64,000 bases of DNA from Eledone cirrhosa. Its lineage: Eukaryota. The stretch is taken from contig OZ024747.1 of NCBI GenBank assembly GCA_964016885.1, positions 35,588,001-35,652,000 on the forward strand. Reading direction: 5' to 3'. Shown piece after piece: positions 28,590 through 43,678 of the stretch (its first letter is position 1; the number at the start of each line of letters is the position of its first letter). The notes below the pieces were generated by a model. It searched no databases. It was not told where the DNA came from and was given only the letters and a program-made list of their open reading frames with translations. The position numbers and the translations under genes were made by a program.

Positions 28590-28919
28590 GTATGTATGTA
28601 TGTATGTATACATGCATGTATATGTATATCTTTGTGTATATTTCAGTTATTTAATTTCCCACATGTATAGATTCACATAAAATATATATCAACATTTCAT
28701 AACCTGTTTAAAGGAACGATGTACCTGGTTGAAAGGTAAACAGAAATATTTAATACATTAACAATAACTATATCTTGTAAATACTATTCAGTTGATGGGG
28801 CTAAGAGAATTACGAGTGTGTAGGGGAAATACCGACAGAGATATCCTCAATATTAAGACAAATGTTACCAAAACACACGTCTATGTGTATATGTGCAACA
28901 ATTCATGTACATGGTATGT

Positions 28920-29680
28920 AGAAACAGATGAGAGAGATTGATATAGATATAGAGAGGGGAAGAGATTGATGGTAGTTGATATAGTGAAGAAGGTTGGGAG
29001 AGTGTGATGTATATTAGATATAGAGAGGGGGAGAGATTGGTGGTAATTGATATAGTGAAGAAGGTTGGGAGAGTGTGATGTATATTAGATATAGAGGGGG
29101 GGAGAGTTTGGTGGTTGTTGATAGAGAAGAATTTGAATAATGTTCCGTGTAGTAGATATAGAGAGGCGCAGGGATTGGTGTTATCAAGATTGGGGCTGGA
29201 AGATAGTGTTATAGAGGTGATGTAGTTTTTGGTGGTAATGAATAAAGTGAGGGGATGGATAGAGATAGGTATTGATAGATACAGACAGGAGGAGAGTTTG
29301 GAAGAGATGGATAGAGTGAGAGGGAATAAGAGAGAGTGGTGTATAGCGAGGGGGGTAGTTTGGTGGGAATTGATAAATGTTTAGTGATATGGAGAGATTG
29401 GAAGAGAATTATGTGTAGTAGACATAGTGAGGGGTTGAATTTTGTGTTAATTTATATAGAGAAGGTGATTGGAAGAGAGTCCCGTGTAGTAGATAAAGAG
29501 AGAGTGAGATTTCAGAGGTGATTGATATAGAGATAGGGAGAGATAAGTATAAATACTTATAGAGAGTGAGAGAGTGGATTAGTCTTAGATATAGAGCGCT
29601 GGATGCGAGAGGCGATGTTGTGGTAGATATATAGAGGAGTAGTCTAATTTTAGTAGATACAGAGAGGTGTATTAACAATA
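28920..29680. repeat. Purine-rich degenerate tandem repeat, including a ~71-bp direct duplication
   Basis: ATAGTGAAGAAGGTTGGGAGAGTGTGATGTATAT at 28981 and 29052. Recurrent AGATATAGAGAG. Confidence 0.7.
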
Positions 29681-30326
29681 GAATTCTTTGAGACCCAATA
29701 ATATGATAGTTGGCATTAATGGGGTGAGAGAGCTTGGGAAATCAATAATTGTATAGTGTACTTTTGTAAATATCGGATTTACTGTAATGTTTTTCTTTTG
29801 TTATATGTTAGACATGCAGTGACTAACAACAGAATGTTTTAAGTCTGGGTGACTGTGATTGTGTGGCATTCATGCGTAGCTTGTGAATAAAAATTTCAAG
29901 GGATATCGCTGGCCGTGGTGATGCCTCCCAAACATCTTTTGTAATGTATCGTCTTATTGGTTAATTTCATCGTCTTATTGACTAATCAACCAACGAGAGT
30001 AATTGTTGCTCAAAAGCATCCACCACTTTGTTTCCACGTTTATTTATCGTTTCGCTTTTCCAATCTTCCTCCAGTATTTCGTCGTTTTATCATGAAAATA
30101 TTTTTCTCGTTTTGGTAAGTTATATTGTTAATTTGTATATGATTATTTAAATTCATATTAACTATTGAAAGTCTGAAAATATTTGTATACATCTTACAAT
30201 AATATTTATAAGATCATTTATAAAATAACAATTATATAATCTAATTACATTACAACGATAATTTATTATTACTATATATCATATTTAACTAGAGTTATTA
30301 CAAGCGTTGTCTTAACAAAATATTAA

Positions 30327-30770
30327 ACTAGACCTGAAAAATGCGCAAGCTCTAAAGCGCCACAGAATGTTGTAATAAACCTTCAAAAGTGTGGACTAGA
30401 GTTGTTGCTCAAAAATATTGTAATCATTATCTATCATACATTCTGTGGCATTCTTTTTAAAAAAGAGACTCATAACGAACTCAAGACGACACGATAATTA
30501 TTTAAGTGAATTTATAATATAGAATTCGGTTTAAGTGCATTTCGTATTTATCATTACTAAACATCTAATATGAGATATTGAACATAAGCTTAAATAATTA
30601 TCGTGTCGTCTTGAGGTCGTTATGAGTCTCTTTTCTATAAAAGGATGCCACAGAGTGTACGATAGATAATGATAACAATATTTTTGAGCAACAACTCTAG
30701 TCCCACCCTTTTGAAGGTTTATTATAACATTACGTAGCTCTTTTGAGCTTGCGCTTTTTACAGGTCTAGT
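30327..30770. mobile_element. MITE-like fold-back element without an HHR
   Basis: Inverted arms ~30327-30507 and 30588-30770 with termini ACTAGACCTG...CAGGTCTAGT. Confidence 0.7.
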
Positions 30771-31036
30771 ATATAATGTGTATTTTAATTCAAAATAAAA
30801 GTATTATTAGATACTCCAGCTGCTGTATCAATATGAATCACACACAAACAATTTTCGCCGGAGATATATTAGCAAAATTTAATAAGTGGGTAGTAGTCGA
30901 GGTTGAACAGAAAAACGGGGTGGGCGTGGAAAAAGTCGACAATTAATAAGGCGACAATTATTGAAGACCTGAGAGTACGTGAATTATTGACGGACATAAG
31001 AATAAAACCTCAATGGGGAATTAGATTTTGAATATT

Positions 31037-31163
31037 TATTTATTATGGCAAAGACTTATTACTCTGAAGTCTCACCTGCGAACTCACCAGACAAGTCTGC
31101 TGCTCCTACGAGTGCGCAGGTGAAACTTTAGGGTAACAAAGCTCACCAATAGCCATAATAAAT
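31037..31163. repeat. Imperfect hairpin next to (TA)n
   Basis: TTTATTATGGC..TTACTCTGAAGTCTCACCTGCG pairs with CGCAGGTGAAACTTTAGGGTAA..GCCATAATAAA. Confidence 0.65.
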
Positions 31164-31319
31164 GTATATATATATATATATATACAAGTTAATATAAATT
31201 AATATATGATAGACACAAAAGTGTTTGTACTGTAAAAGACAAGTTAGCCAGAATGAAATAAACTAATTCAAATAAATATAGTTTGCCTGTCTCGATTTAA
31301 AATAATAAATCAATAAAAA

Positions 31320-31453
<134 letters not shown>

Positions 31454-31830
31454 AGATGAATAAATTTGGTATAATACCAGTTTATTACTAAATGTGAAAA
31501 AGATTGATATATAAACCCTTAGGAATGAGCACAGAGCATAATGTTTTATAATTATATATATTCAGTAGCGGCGGAACTGCTCCGGGGGTTGCCGCCTCCA
31601 ATAATTATATTTTCTCCCCTAAATACCAGAAAGCACATATATTTGGAAATGGTCTACAATTTATGTTTGTGTTATGTTAATACCATATCGATGCTGTCTG
31701 ACCATTTTAGAGTGCAAAGAGCGAAGCTAGTCACTGCAACTAAATTATCCAAATTTGCCCTCTCCTCAACTCAGAAACGCTTACACCGCCCCTGATATGT
31801 ATGTACAAATATATATATAAATATAAATAG

Positions 31831-31918
<88 letters not shown>

Positions 31919-32026
31919 CGAAGGAAATGTGGTAAGGAACCAGGTGGACCATAACGCACCAAAGTACTCGAGTCCAGAATTAGCCGTCGAAACGGCTTGA
32001 GCTCAGCCGTCGGGGTCTTACTGGTT

Positions 32027-32100
<74 letters not shown>

Positions 32101-32105
<5 letters not shown>

Positions 32106-32637
32106 AAGTTAAATAAAAGAAAGTCAAATGATTAAAATTTAGCTTCGTTTATTACTGCTATATATATTTCAGTGACAGCCATCTTTGGCTGTGACCTCTT
32201 CAGGCAGTTTGAATTAGTATGGTATAGACAAGTACATATGTTGTTTAGGTGTATGATATTGTCAATACTCTGATATGCCCAGTTCCTTGTTGGGTTGTTA
32301 ATTCACTGGGGAACTGGAGTCATAACTCCAGTTCCCCAGTGAATTAACAACCCAACAAGGAACTGGGCATATCAGAGTATTGACAATAGCATACACCTAA
32401 ACAACATATGTACTTGTCTATACCATACTAATTCAAACTGCCTGAAGAGGTCACAGCCAAAGATGGCTGTCACTGAAATATATATAGCAGTAATAAACGA
32501 AGCTAAATTTTAATCATTTGACTTTTATTTAACTTTATTTTACACTACTCCGGAGTAACCAAACCAACCTGCACACTTCGTCGAGTGCTCCAGCCTGCAT
32601 ACTGAGGTGTTGGTATACAACCAACATAAACTCAAAA

Positions 32638-32641
<4 letters not shown>
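32101..32641. mobile_element. Palindromic fold-back HHR element, family C
   Basis: Arms 32101-32320 and 32325-32540 with a 4-nt loop (CATA). The right arm extends through ACTCCGG..GAGTGCT to (TA)n. Confidence 0.9.
32437..32491 (+). ncRNA. Type I hammerhead ribozyme, family C
   Basis: ACTGC-CTGAAGA-ggtcACAGCCA-aaga-TGGCTGTcact-GAA-ATATATAT-A^GCAGT; predicted cleavage after 32486. A mirror copy lies on the minus strand at ~32154-32208. Confidence 0.9.
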
Positions 32642-33043
<402 letters not shown>

Positions 33044-33090
33044 GATATATATAGATATAAATATATATGTATATAAATATATATGTATAT

Positions 33091-33271
<181 letters not shown>

Positions 33272-36200
33272 GTATTAAGGATACTATTAATGGTTATGTA
33301 TGTAATAAAACCTTTAATGGTAATATATTATTTATACAAACCTTAAATAGTGAAAGATAGTCATTAATTACTATCCTATTACCAGTAAGATAAATAGCTC
33401 AATGTAATAACATCAGTTGTTTTACAGAGCAGTTATATAGAGATTACAATAATCAAAGTTCAGTTTAAGTCATTTATTTGCTTACAATTGTTTCCTCTAA
33501 ACCGAGATTTGGATTCTTCGGAGCAACTATTTACTGATCTATAACATACTTGGCCTCCTTTTCAACCCAAGAGACATATAAAACATATGCGCATATTGAT
33601 CAACAGTGGGGTGACATTCATCAAATGATATAGCATGGCAATTTACATATACAGGTTACAGGATAAAAATAAAAATAAAAACAAACATGAAAATAAAGAT
33701 AAACATGAAGCGTTGGCAGTCTATGAAGATAAAGCAGGAGGAAAGTTTAGAGTAGTCTGTGTATGAAACAATCTCACGTGTAGCATGCACGCGTGTTTTA
33801 TTTATACATGATTAGAGTGCGTCAGAATGATATTTGCAGGGTCAGGCAGTTGAAGCAGGCAATCGATCTTATTATGTGGGCTGAATTATTAAGTCATTTA
33901 TTCGCATACATCTGTATGATATACAGTCCCGGATGCAGGGAAACACCAAAATATCAGAAACTTTCAACATACTATAAACCTTATTGTATCGTAGGCAAAG
34001 CCGTACCAGTGTCTTCGCTCACCACTCACATAATCCATGAGACGCAATATATAGAACACGTGTCTATCGTATAACTCACGATGGTTCGGCATATAATCAA
34101 GTTATATACCGTATCTAGTCGGTTCTTAATTAATAGATCATGCTGTTTAGATTCCGGAAGTGTCTGAATGACTAAGGGGAGTTAAAGCGTAAGGGGAGGT
34201 AACTAGCTAGTTATCTTAGTTAAATTATTATCCTAAACTACATTAATGGTGATTCAAATACGTGCCTATCATATGAAGTTATAACTAATTTCTAGAGTAT
34301 GTTTCCTATTTATAGGTTAGAGAGTTGTCCAATATGAAGTACAAGGGTGTATATATTAGGGTGATTACCATCCATTAAGGGGTGTCATATCTGAACATTC
34401 TATAAGAGGAGTCAGACTCTTAAATCACTGCTCCATGCAAATGTAATATAATATAACAATGGGACCTGGTATGGTCCCACTATTATATATGCCCCCCGGT
34501 TGGCTCGGGTCATTGCATGTCTGAATCTCCGGTAAATATGAATACCTTCGGGGTGGTCCGGAGATCTAATTTATCACATAAGGGCACTAGTCTGGTCATC
34601 AAGCAATAGACAACCCCCATCTCATATATAATCAATTAGGTATCGCATCTACAAGTTAGAGTGGAGTCTATTAATAGGTACTAAAGGAGTTCATATCATG
34701 ATGATTACAATCTGGAGATTAAATCTCTCATACCAGGACACCTGACTGGCCACCAAGCAATACATAAACTCGCATCCCACATATAGATCAGGTATCCCAT
34801 CCACAAGTTAGAGTGGAGTCCAGTAACAAGTACTAAGGGAGTTCATATCATGAAGACTACAATCCGACATGGGGTGCCACACCTGGCCAATCCATAAGAA
34901 GAGTCAGACTACATAATTAATTACATGGGTCTCACTATCAGTAATGGTCTTAATATCGTACATGACTCCCGGCGAGATTCAGGTCGTAGTATGACTGCAT
35001 CGCCGGTAAATTCACCAGAGTGGTCCAGTGGCCGGTTCTCTCGTCACGAGATGCCGGTCGGGTCACCAGGCAACACATATGCTCCTAACTCATGCATCTC
35101 CCGTGCATAATTCATTGAACTGATCGTTTACAGTATATATTCACATAACAATACGATTATCTATCTAATCATCAATCTATCTCTAGGTGGCAATCCATGC
35201 ACAGGACTATGTTATCGCAACCAGTACCGTGTCCGCTGTTTATACTAATCTTATACTTGTGCAATGCAGTTTAAGTAGTCCACGGTCGAGATATCAGAAT
35301 TAGAGGTACAAGGGGGTATTCCCAGGGTAGGTGGTACTAAGATGCTGTCAGTATTATCTTTAGAGTATATAAATGGGTGTGGATGTGATGTGTAAGGTGA
35401 GCTACTGATGTTAATTGCTAGGGGTGGTGCCGGTTCCAGTCTGACATTATTATATATATTGGGTTTAAAGTTTTGGAACGAGTGTCGGAAGCGGTGTTGG
35501 CAAGTTGCGAACACTTCTGATTTTTTATTAAGGAGATTATGTTTAGAGAAGATGATAGTATGGGTCTCTAGTAGACAGAGGTTACAAAATTTATTAGGTG
35601 GTTTGTACGATGTTGCACTACCTATCACTTCCCATTTAAGTGTATATATTTTATTTTTAGTTTTTAGATAGTGTATGTATCTGGATAGTGAAGTGGAGTT
35701 GGCCAGACTGTGTTTTTTGAAAGAGTGGAGGTGCGAATTGTATCTAGTTTTGAAGCAGTTAGAAGTAGAGCCTATATAGGTTTCAGAAGAGTTGTTAGTT
35801 GTGACTGTACCTGAGTATATGATATCCTTGGTTAAGCATTTTTTATCTAAAGGGCAGGTTCTACTTGATCTACAGTTACAATTACTCTGGGTGCTAGTCT
35901 GCCGGTTACTATGCTGTGTAGAAGTTTGGATGTTAGCTATAGGGTTATGGTTATGTGGGTTGTGGTACGCATCGTTAATGTTTACACTAGTGCTATTACT
36001 ATTATTTCCATTGATATTACGGTTAGTTGCTATAATGTTACGTTGACTGTTATTTTGAATGTTATTTTGAAGGTTTATCGACTGTTGTGATTTAGTTTGT
36101 TGGAAGTAAGAATTAATTTTTCTTTTATTTGTACTAGCTATGTGGTATGCTAAGTTAGGCGTAGTAGAGTATGAGATCTTAATAGTGTTTTTGTTTAAAA

Positions 36201-36898
36201 GGCCGTGGTACCTGTGGCCGGATGGGAAGTGTTTATCTAGTAGTGAGAAGAAAGCCCTAGGTAGGTAGGTAGAGACGTTTAAATTGAAAGGAGGGTTGAA
36301 CAATGTATTATTTCTTCTTCTATTTCTGTTTTTTTTATGTCTGGTGATTTGTTTCCTTTAATGTTCCTATGGTAATTTCTGTGGTGCGGGTTACTTTTGT
36401 TGTTACTATCCCTATTAGTGTGTGTACAGTTGCTATTCCTATTATTAAATTTTCCCATGGACATGTTGTGTGAAATGATGTTGTAGCTATGTGTTTTTGT
36501 AGGTAGGAACTTTATCCCTGATAAATAAGACACGCGTGCATGATACACGTGAGATTGTTTCATACACAGACTATTATAAACTTTCCTCCTGCTTTATCTT
36601 CATAGACTGCCAACGCTTCATGTTTATCTTTATTTTCATTTTTGTTTTTATTTTTATTTTTATTTTTATTTTTATCCTGTAACCTGTATATGTAAATTGC
36701 CATGCTATATCATTTGATGAATGTCACCCCACTGTTGATCAATATGCGCATATGTTTTATATGTCTCTTGGGTTGAAAAGGAGGTCAAGTATGTTATAGA
36801 TCAGTAAATAGTTGCTCCGAAGAATCCAAACCTCGGTTTAGAGGAAACAATTGTAAGCAAATAAATGACTTAAACTGAACTTTGATTATTGTAATCTC

Positions 36899-36902
<4 letters not shown>
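33272..36902 (-). mobile_element. 5'-truncated Hydra-like Penelope element with ~370-bp inverted pLTRs
   Basis: Inverted arms ~33434-33805 and 36521-36902 with HHRs at 33478-33526(-) and 36812-36860(+). Internal endonuclease ORF. Long (TA)n tracts on both sides. Confidence 0.9.
35251..36303 (-). CDS. PLE linker plus GIY-YIG endonuclease (RT missing)
   Basis: FNPPF..KHFP..KNTIKISYS; CNCRSSRTC (CxCx5C); IIY..TYIGSTSNCFKTRYNSH; CNLCLLE; LLNKKSE..CQHR. Confidence 0.85.
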   Translation of the reverse strand: MFNPPFNLNVSTYLPRAFFSLLDKHFPSGHRYHGLLNKNTIKISYSTTPNLAYHIASTNKRKINSYFQQTKSQQSINLQNNIQNNSQRNIIATNRNINGNNSNSTSVNINDAYHNPHNHNPIANIQTSTQHSNRQTSTQSNCNCRSSRTCPLDKKCLTKDIIYSGTVTTNNSSETYIGSTSNCFKTRYNSHLHSFKKHSLANSTSLSRYIHYLKTKNKIYTLKWEVIGSATSYKPPNKFCNLCLLETHTIIFSKHNLLNKKSEVFATCQHRFRHSFQNFKPNIYNNVRLEPAPPLAINISSSPYTSHPHPFIYSKDNTDSILVPPTLGIPPCTSNSDISTVDYLNCIAQV

Positions 36903-38090
<1,188 letters not shown>

Positions 38091-38221
38091 TTTTAGACGA
38101 ATATTACTCCAGTATTAACTAAGCTAATCGAAACCATTGAAACAGCAATGCTCCAAAAGCTTAAAACTATCCACGACGCGGAGTACTCTAACTGGATTAC
38201 CTATAACGATAACTTGTTATC

Positions 38222-38257
<36 letters not shown>

Positions 38258-38478
38258 TCAGAGCAAACATCACGCACGCTCTATCTCAAAATTATTTTTG
38301 AAAAGCATTTAGAAATGCGCAACCGGTAAAACTTAACACCAAAACTGAATACTAACCAATACAATTACTAATTCCCATTTATTCCTAATTAAACTATTTT
38401 TCACTGTGAACAATTTGTCAGCATTTTCTATTCCGTTTACCAATATATAATAACTTGTGTGCTACACCTCTATTATTT

Positions 38479-38553
<75 letters not shown>

Positions 38554-38557
<4 letters not shown>

Positions 38558-39548
38558 GATAACAAGTTATCGTTATAGGTAATCCAGTTAGAGTACTCCG
38601 CGTCGTGGATAGTTTTAACGTACGGCTTTGTTTGAATCAACAAGATGTGTCCATAGTTATGCAGCGAGTTCGCGGTAATTTCTATGCAGGCAATACTTGG
38701 AGTAATTATAGTTAAAGAAACAAGAATAACATGGTTGACTGTACAACAAGGGCTTTATTTAAAGTACTGACAATTGTTTCGTTGATCAGGTGTGTCTAGT
38801 GTTCACTAATCGCTCGAGGTTGCAGCAAACAATCTCCAATACATTGTTTCCCACTGGTCAACACATCAGAGTTTAAGAACAGTTGGTACATCCACAGACA
38901 CTCCTGAGGAACCGCGCACTGGAGAACTCTACAACGCTCGCCAAAAATATTTGACAGCTTAAGGACAACAACCTAGAATATAAGATTAGCTGGTTGAAAT
39001 TATTGACAGCAAAAGGCTACAGCAACGGTATGTCCCTCTGCGGGCTCTGTAATTTAGAACTGCTGCATATGTTAAGGCACGATAGGATGCTGCTTAACAG
39101 CAAAATAGAAAGATCCATTTTCTGTAGGCATAAAATAGCTACTAGATTCATGAACTTCAAACAATCATAATTTAAACCAGCAATCCCAAAATTAGTACTC
39201 ACCACCTAGATTTTAACATATAGAAAACACACTATCGCACCACTATTAGCTATCAAACTGCCAACTGATCACTGGACCATATTCTCTGTACACTTCTTCC
39301 ACCCTCTCTCCATCAACTTCATTAAGATAGAACAATCAGCAAAACATCTACAACAAATGTTTATAAAACGCCCTGTCAGCCCATAAATATCATACAAGTA
39401 TACATCAATTAACATCTAATTTATTGTCTTTTCCTTTATTGGACCCTCCACACAAATGTATCTACATCTCAAATCTGGTTTCTCATGTTAGCACCAAAAA
39501 CTCTTCCTCAAAAACTACTAAAATCTTATTCTACGTACATTCTCTCAC

Positions 39549-39579
<31 letters not shown>

Positions 39580-39968
39580 TGTATTCTCCATTTCCTCATT
39601 TTCTTCTTCTTATTATTATTTTTTTATGTACCTGTCTTATATTTAACTTTTTTAAATCTATAACTTCTCTATCTATTTACCATACATGTTTTACTATTGA
39701 TGTTATTGTTTTAATTATACGCTATTTTACTATTGATGTTATTGTTTTGGTGTTACGCTACTTTTCTATATAAGTCTTGCCTCGAGTGAACTATTTTCAT
39801 ATCTACGTGCTCTGAGGTGTTGTCCAGTGGTAAACCATGTATTGGAGATCGATTGACGCAACCTCAAGCGATTAGCGAACTCTAGACACACCTGATCAAC
39901 GAAACAATTGTCAATACTTTAAATAAAGCCCTTATTATACAGCCAACCATGTTACTCTTCTTTCTTTA
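38554..39968 (+). mobile_element. 5'-truncated PLE (GIY-YIG C-terminus) with inverted pLTR
   Basis: ~38905-39169(+) reads NSTTLAK..QLKDNNLEYKISW..CGLCNLELLHML..LLNSKIERSIFCRH. Inverted arms ~38713-38872 and 39808-39968 carry HHR-like motifs. Confidence 0.8.
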
Positions 39969-40014
39969 TATATATATATATATATAAATATATATATATA
40001 TGTGTATATACATA

Positions 40015-40061
<47 letters not shown>

Positions 40062-40119
40062 TTATATGCATTATAAAATAACAGGAGGCTGGACTGGTGT
40101 AATTCCTTAAAGTTTTATT

Positions 40120-40177
40120 ATACTATGAACATTTCAATGACCGGGTTAAGTATGAATCCGGTGACATCATCAGGTAT
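40120..40177 (-). ncRNA. Type I hammerhead ribozyme in an orphan pLTR-like fragment
   Basis: ATAC-CTGATGA-tgtcACCGG..CCGGTcatt-GAA-ATGttCAT-A^GTAT. Confidence 0.75.
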
Positions 40178-40588
40178 TCGAAATTTAACAAAGGAATATA
40201 ATCTATGGGACAGAAAAGGCAGAGACAAGAAGGCGGCCAACAGTTAGCAGTTTCTGGTTAGGTCGGCCGCCTTCAAGTCGGGTATCAAAGGCAGTTGCCC
40301 GATATAGGTTTGTTAATTTTATTGATTTATTACTTTAAATCGAGACAGGCAAACCATATTGTTTTGAATTAGTATTTTTTTTAACCTAGCTAACTTGGTC
40401 ATTTGCAATTGGGAACACATGTATACTTATATCGGTGTTCATCCCTCTCATATATTCAATTATATTTATATATATTTATGTATATATATATATGTATATT
40501 TATTTATATATTTATATATTTATATATATATATATATTCGTTATTTCATGGGCTGAAATTCGATTCTCGCTAATTTTGACTTGTATAC

Positions 40589-40641
<53 letters not shown>

Positions 40642-40643
<2 letters not shown>

Positions 40644-43137
40644 GTGGGTCCCGATATATGGTAGTTCTTTATCCGGTAAATTAACAGATACGGTTTTGGG
40701 TAATTACTACCATCAATTCTATTTATGGTAAAACAGAATTCACAGATACGGTTTTTGGTCGTGTTTTGTTTATATTGTACTGTAGCGCCACCTGTAGTAA
40801 GCAATACATTTCCCCTTAAATTCGTGTAAACTGACTGCTATTCGAATCCTAGGAAAATTGTGTTAGTACTGCTATCGTACTAACTGACCTTACCGAAAAA
40901 CTGGCCAATCACGAGCGAATTCAGATATCGATCGATGACGTCATAACGCTTAGGTGATTACTTCAGTTCGGCAAACTAACGTGTCCTCTCAGTGAGAGTA
41001 TTTTTGCCGAACTGAAGTGATCAGTTAAGAGTTATGACGTTATTGAAAGTAAGAGAAAACCCGACGGCGTGTTTTTGAAGCATAATTATCACGGCATATT
41101 TTATAACCCCATATCTCAAGGCCCCAAAACGCCCTGTGAATATTGCTGATGCAGATGGAAAGGCCAAACGCATGAGGAAGAGCCTGACTTTAGAGATAAA
41201 GCTGCACATTTTGAAAAGGAAGGAACAGGGGCAAGGTACGTCCGCCATAAGTCATAACTTAGGCCTAGCCCAGTCTACAGTATGGACTGTTTTACAAAAA
41301 TAGTGAGGCTGTCAAAATAGCTGGGGAGAATACTACGAGTCTACAGAGTAAATTGTTGACCAAACATCGTGAGCTGATTATGGATAGGATGGAAAGGTTG
41401 CTCAAAATTTGGATCGACGACCAAAATCGTCAAAATATGCCTCTGTCTTTAAATGTAACCAGTGAGAAAGCATTGTCCATTATTGACAGGCTCAAGACTG
41501 AAATAGGGGTGGAGGACTTTATATTCAAGGCAAGGAAAGGCTGGTTTGATAAGTTCAAACGATGTTCGTGTCTTCACAACATAAAATTTACAGGTGAGGC
41601 TGCCAGTTCCGACAAAGTGAGTGCTGAAAAATTCAAGGCAGAGTTAGAGAAATGCATTGCAGAGAAGGGGTACAGAAAAAAGCAGGTTATTAATTATGAT
41701 GAAACAGGACTTTATTGGAAAAAGATAACCAGTAATACCAGTAATTGACAAGGAGGAGAAAAGTGCGAAGGGTTTCAAGGCCTCAAAGGACCGCGTTACT
41801 TGGAGGGAATGCAGGAGATTTAAAGCTAAAGCCACTCATTATCTAACATTCTGAAACTCCAGGAGCACTCAAGGGGTTACTTAAGCAATACCTACCAGTG
41901 ATATGGAAGTCTAATAAGAAGGCATGGCTGATCACTTCAATTCACCAGGATTTGTTCACCTCATATCTGTCACCAACCCTTAAGGAATATGCATTAGCTA
42001 ACAACATTGCCAACCGTGTTCTGCTATTAGTCGACAACGCCTCCAGCCACCCACGGGCAATGGAAGACTGGTCAGAAAATATTGAGGTTTTGTTTCAAAA
42101 CAAACTCCACAGCTCTCATTCAGCCGTTGGATCAAACAGTCATCAAAACATTTAAGGCATATTACCAGCAGAGAACCATGCAGCAGCGGATAAAGGGCAC
42201 AGATGGGCCTGACAAGCCCACGATCAGTGAATGGTGGAAATTGTACAACATCAAGCACGGCTTAGACAACATCAAGGCATCTTGGAAAGAAGTGGAGCAG
42301 TCTACCATCGCCTGGAAGAAATTATGGCCAGCATGTTTGAATGACTTCCAAGGCTTTACTGGGGACATTGGTGCGATAAAAAAAGATATTGTAAATCTCT
42401 GCCATAGAGCTGGCTTCGATGGTGTTAATGGTGATGATGTGCAAGACCTTTTGGAAAGCCACGCTGAACGACTTTCCAATGAAGAACTCATAGAACTTAG
42501 ACAAGGCGATACAGGAGACAGAAAAAGAAGAAAAGGATGACGAAGAAGCTGTGCGTGGCTTGGACATAAGAACTCTAAGAGAATGTCTCGGGAGTATCGA
42601 AACAATCTTAGAAACCCCGAAGCAGCGTGACTCCAACCCTGCTAGGAGCAGCAAAGTGACAAAAGACGTCGAGAAAAGCGTCAAGATTTACCAAGAAATG
42701 TATGATGCCAAAAATAAATACCGCCAAACAGTCCTCCATCTACTCTTTTTTCAAGCCTGTCACATCTGCCAACCGTGCTACAGCTTGCCCTTCAACATCC
42801 ACTGCACTCAACGAGTTTGTTGGTTTTGAGCCTCCCACATCACCTTGATCCCCCCTCCCCTGACAACTCAGCCCAAGATGTGTACGGGCTGAAACCCATA
42901 CTGTCCCTTAGCTTCGGGAGGGACAAATGAAGTGGCACATCATCTGATGGACTACGCGGCATGTGTAAGGTACAGTAGATAAAGAAAAACATTATTTCTT
43001 TTTTGTAGGAATGACTTTTACGATGTGCTGGAACGCATCCCTCTCTATTTCATGTTACAATGAGTTCTTTATACGGTAATTCGATATACGGTAAGGGTTT
43101 CAGGAACGCATATATACCGTATATCGAGGACTCACTG
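40642..43137 (+). mobile_element. Tigger/pogo DNA transposon, near full length, transposase pseudogenised
   Basis: TIRs CAGTGGGTCCCGATATATGGTA / TACCGTATATCGAGGACTCACTG, followed by TA. Subterminal TACGG repeats. CENP-B-like HTH and DDD transposase motifs. Confidence 0.9.
41171..42720 (+). pseudogene. Tigger-type transposase, multiple frameshifts
   Basis: RKSLTLEIKL..AQSTV; FKARKGWFDKFK; GEAASSD; NYDETGLYWK; KASKDRVT; WKSNKKAW; LLLVDNASSHP; LIQPLDQTVIKTFKAYY. Confidence 0.9.
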
Positions 43138-43149
43138 TATATATAAATC

Positions 43150-43678
43150 TATATATACATTTTGACTATATGTCGGTTGTTTACCGACAACTCAGTATCA
43201 GTTTGGAGCACTGGACGGAGTACGAAGGTTGGTTTATTTACTCCGGAGTAATGTAAAACAATTATGTAAAATTTGGTTTCGTTTATTATAAATTATAGAT
43301 ATACTGCTATATATATTTCGGTGACAGCCATCATTGGTTGTTAGCTCTTCAGGCAGTCCGAATTGGTGTGGGAAAGACAGGTACACATGTGGTTGAAGTG
43401 TTTTTTACTCCGTCAATACATGTCCCGCTCCTGGTTGTGGTGTTATTTCTCTGAGGAACTGGAATCAGAGAAATTACAACACAACCAGGAGCTGTACATA
43501 TCGATGTATTGACGGAGTAAAACACACTTCAACAACATGTGTACCTGTCTTTCCCTCACCAAGTCTGACTGCCTGAATAGGTCACAGCAAATGATGGCTG
43601 TCACCGAAATATATATAGGAGTATATCTATAATTTATAATAAACGACGCCAAATCTTACATATTTGACTTAATTATTT

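Noticed and set aside
35251-36303. Stand-alone homing endonuclease or TIR DNA transposon encoding GIY-YIG
   Set aside because: The homologous copy at 59174-60360 is fused to an RT thumb, and the inverted repeats are HHR-bearing pLTRs. A 5'-truncated PLE is the simpler explanation.
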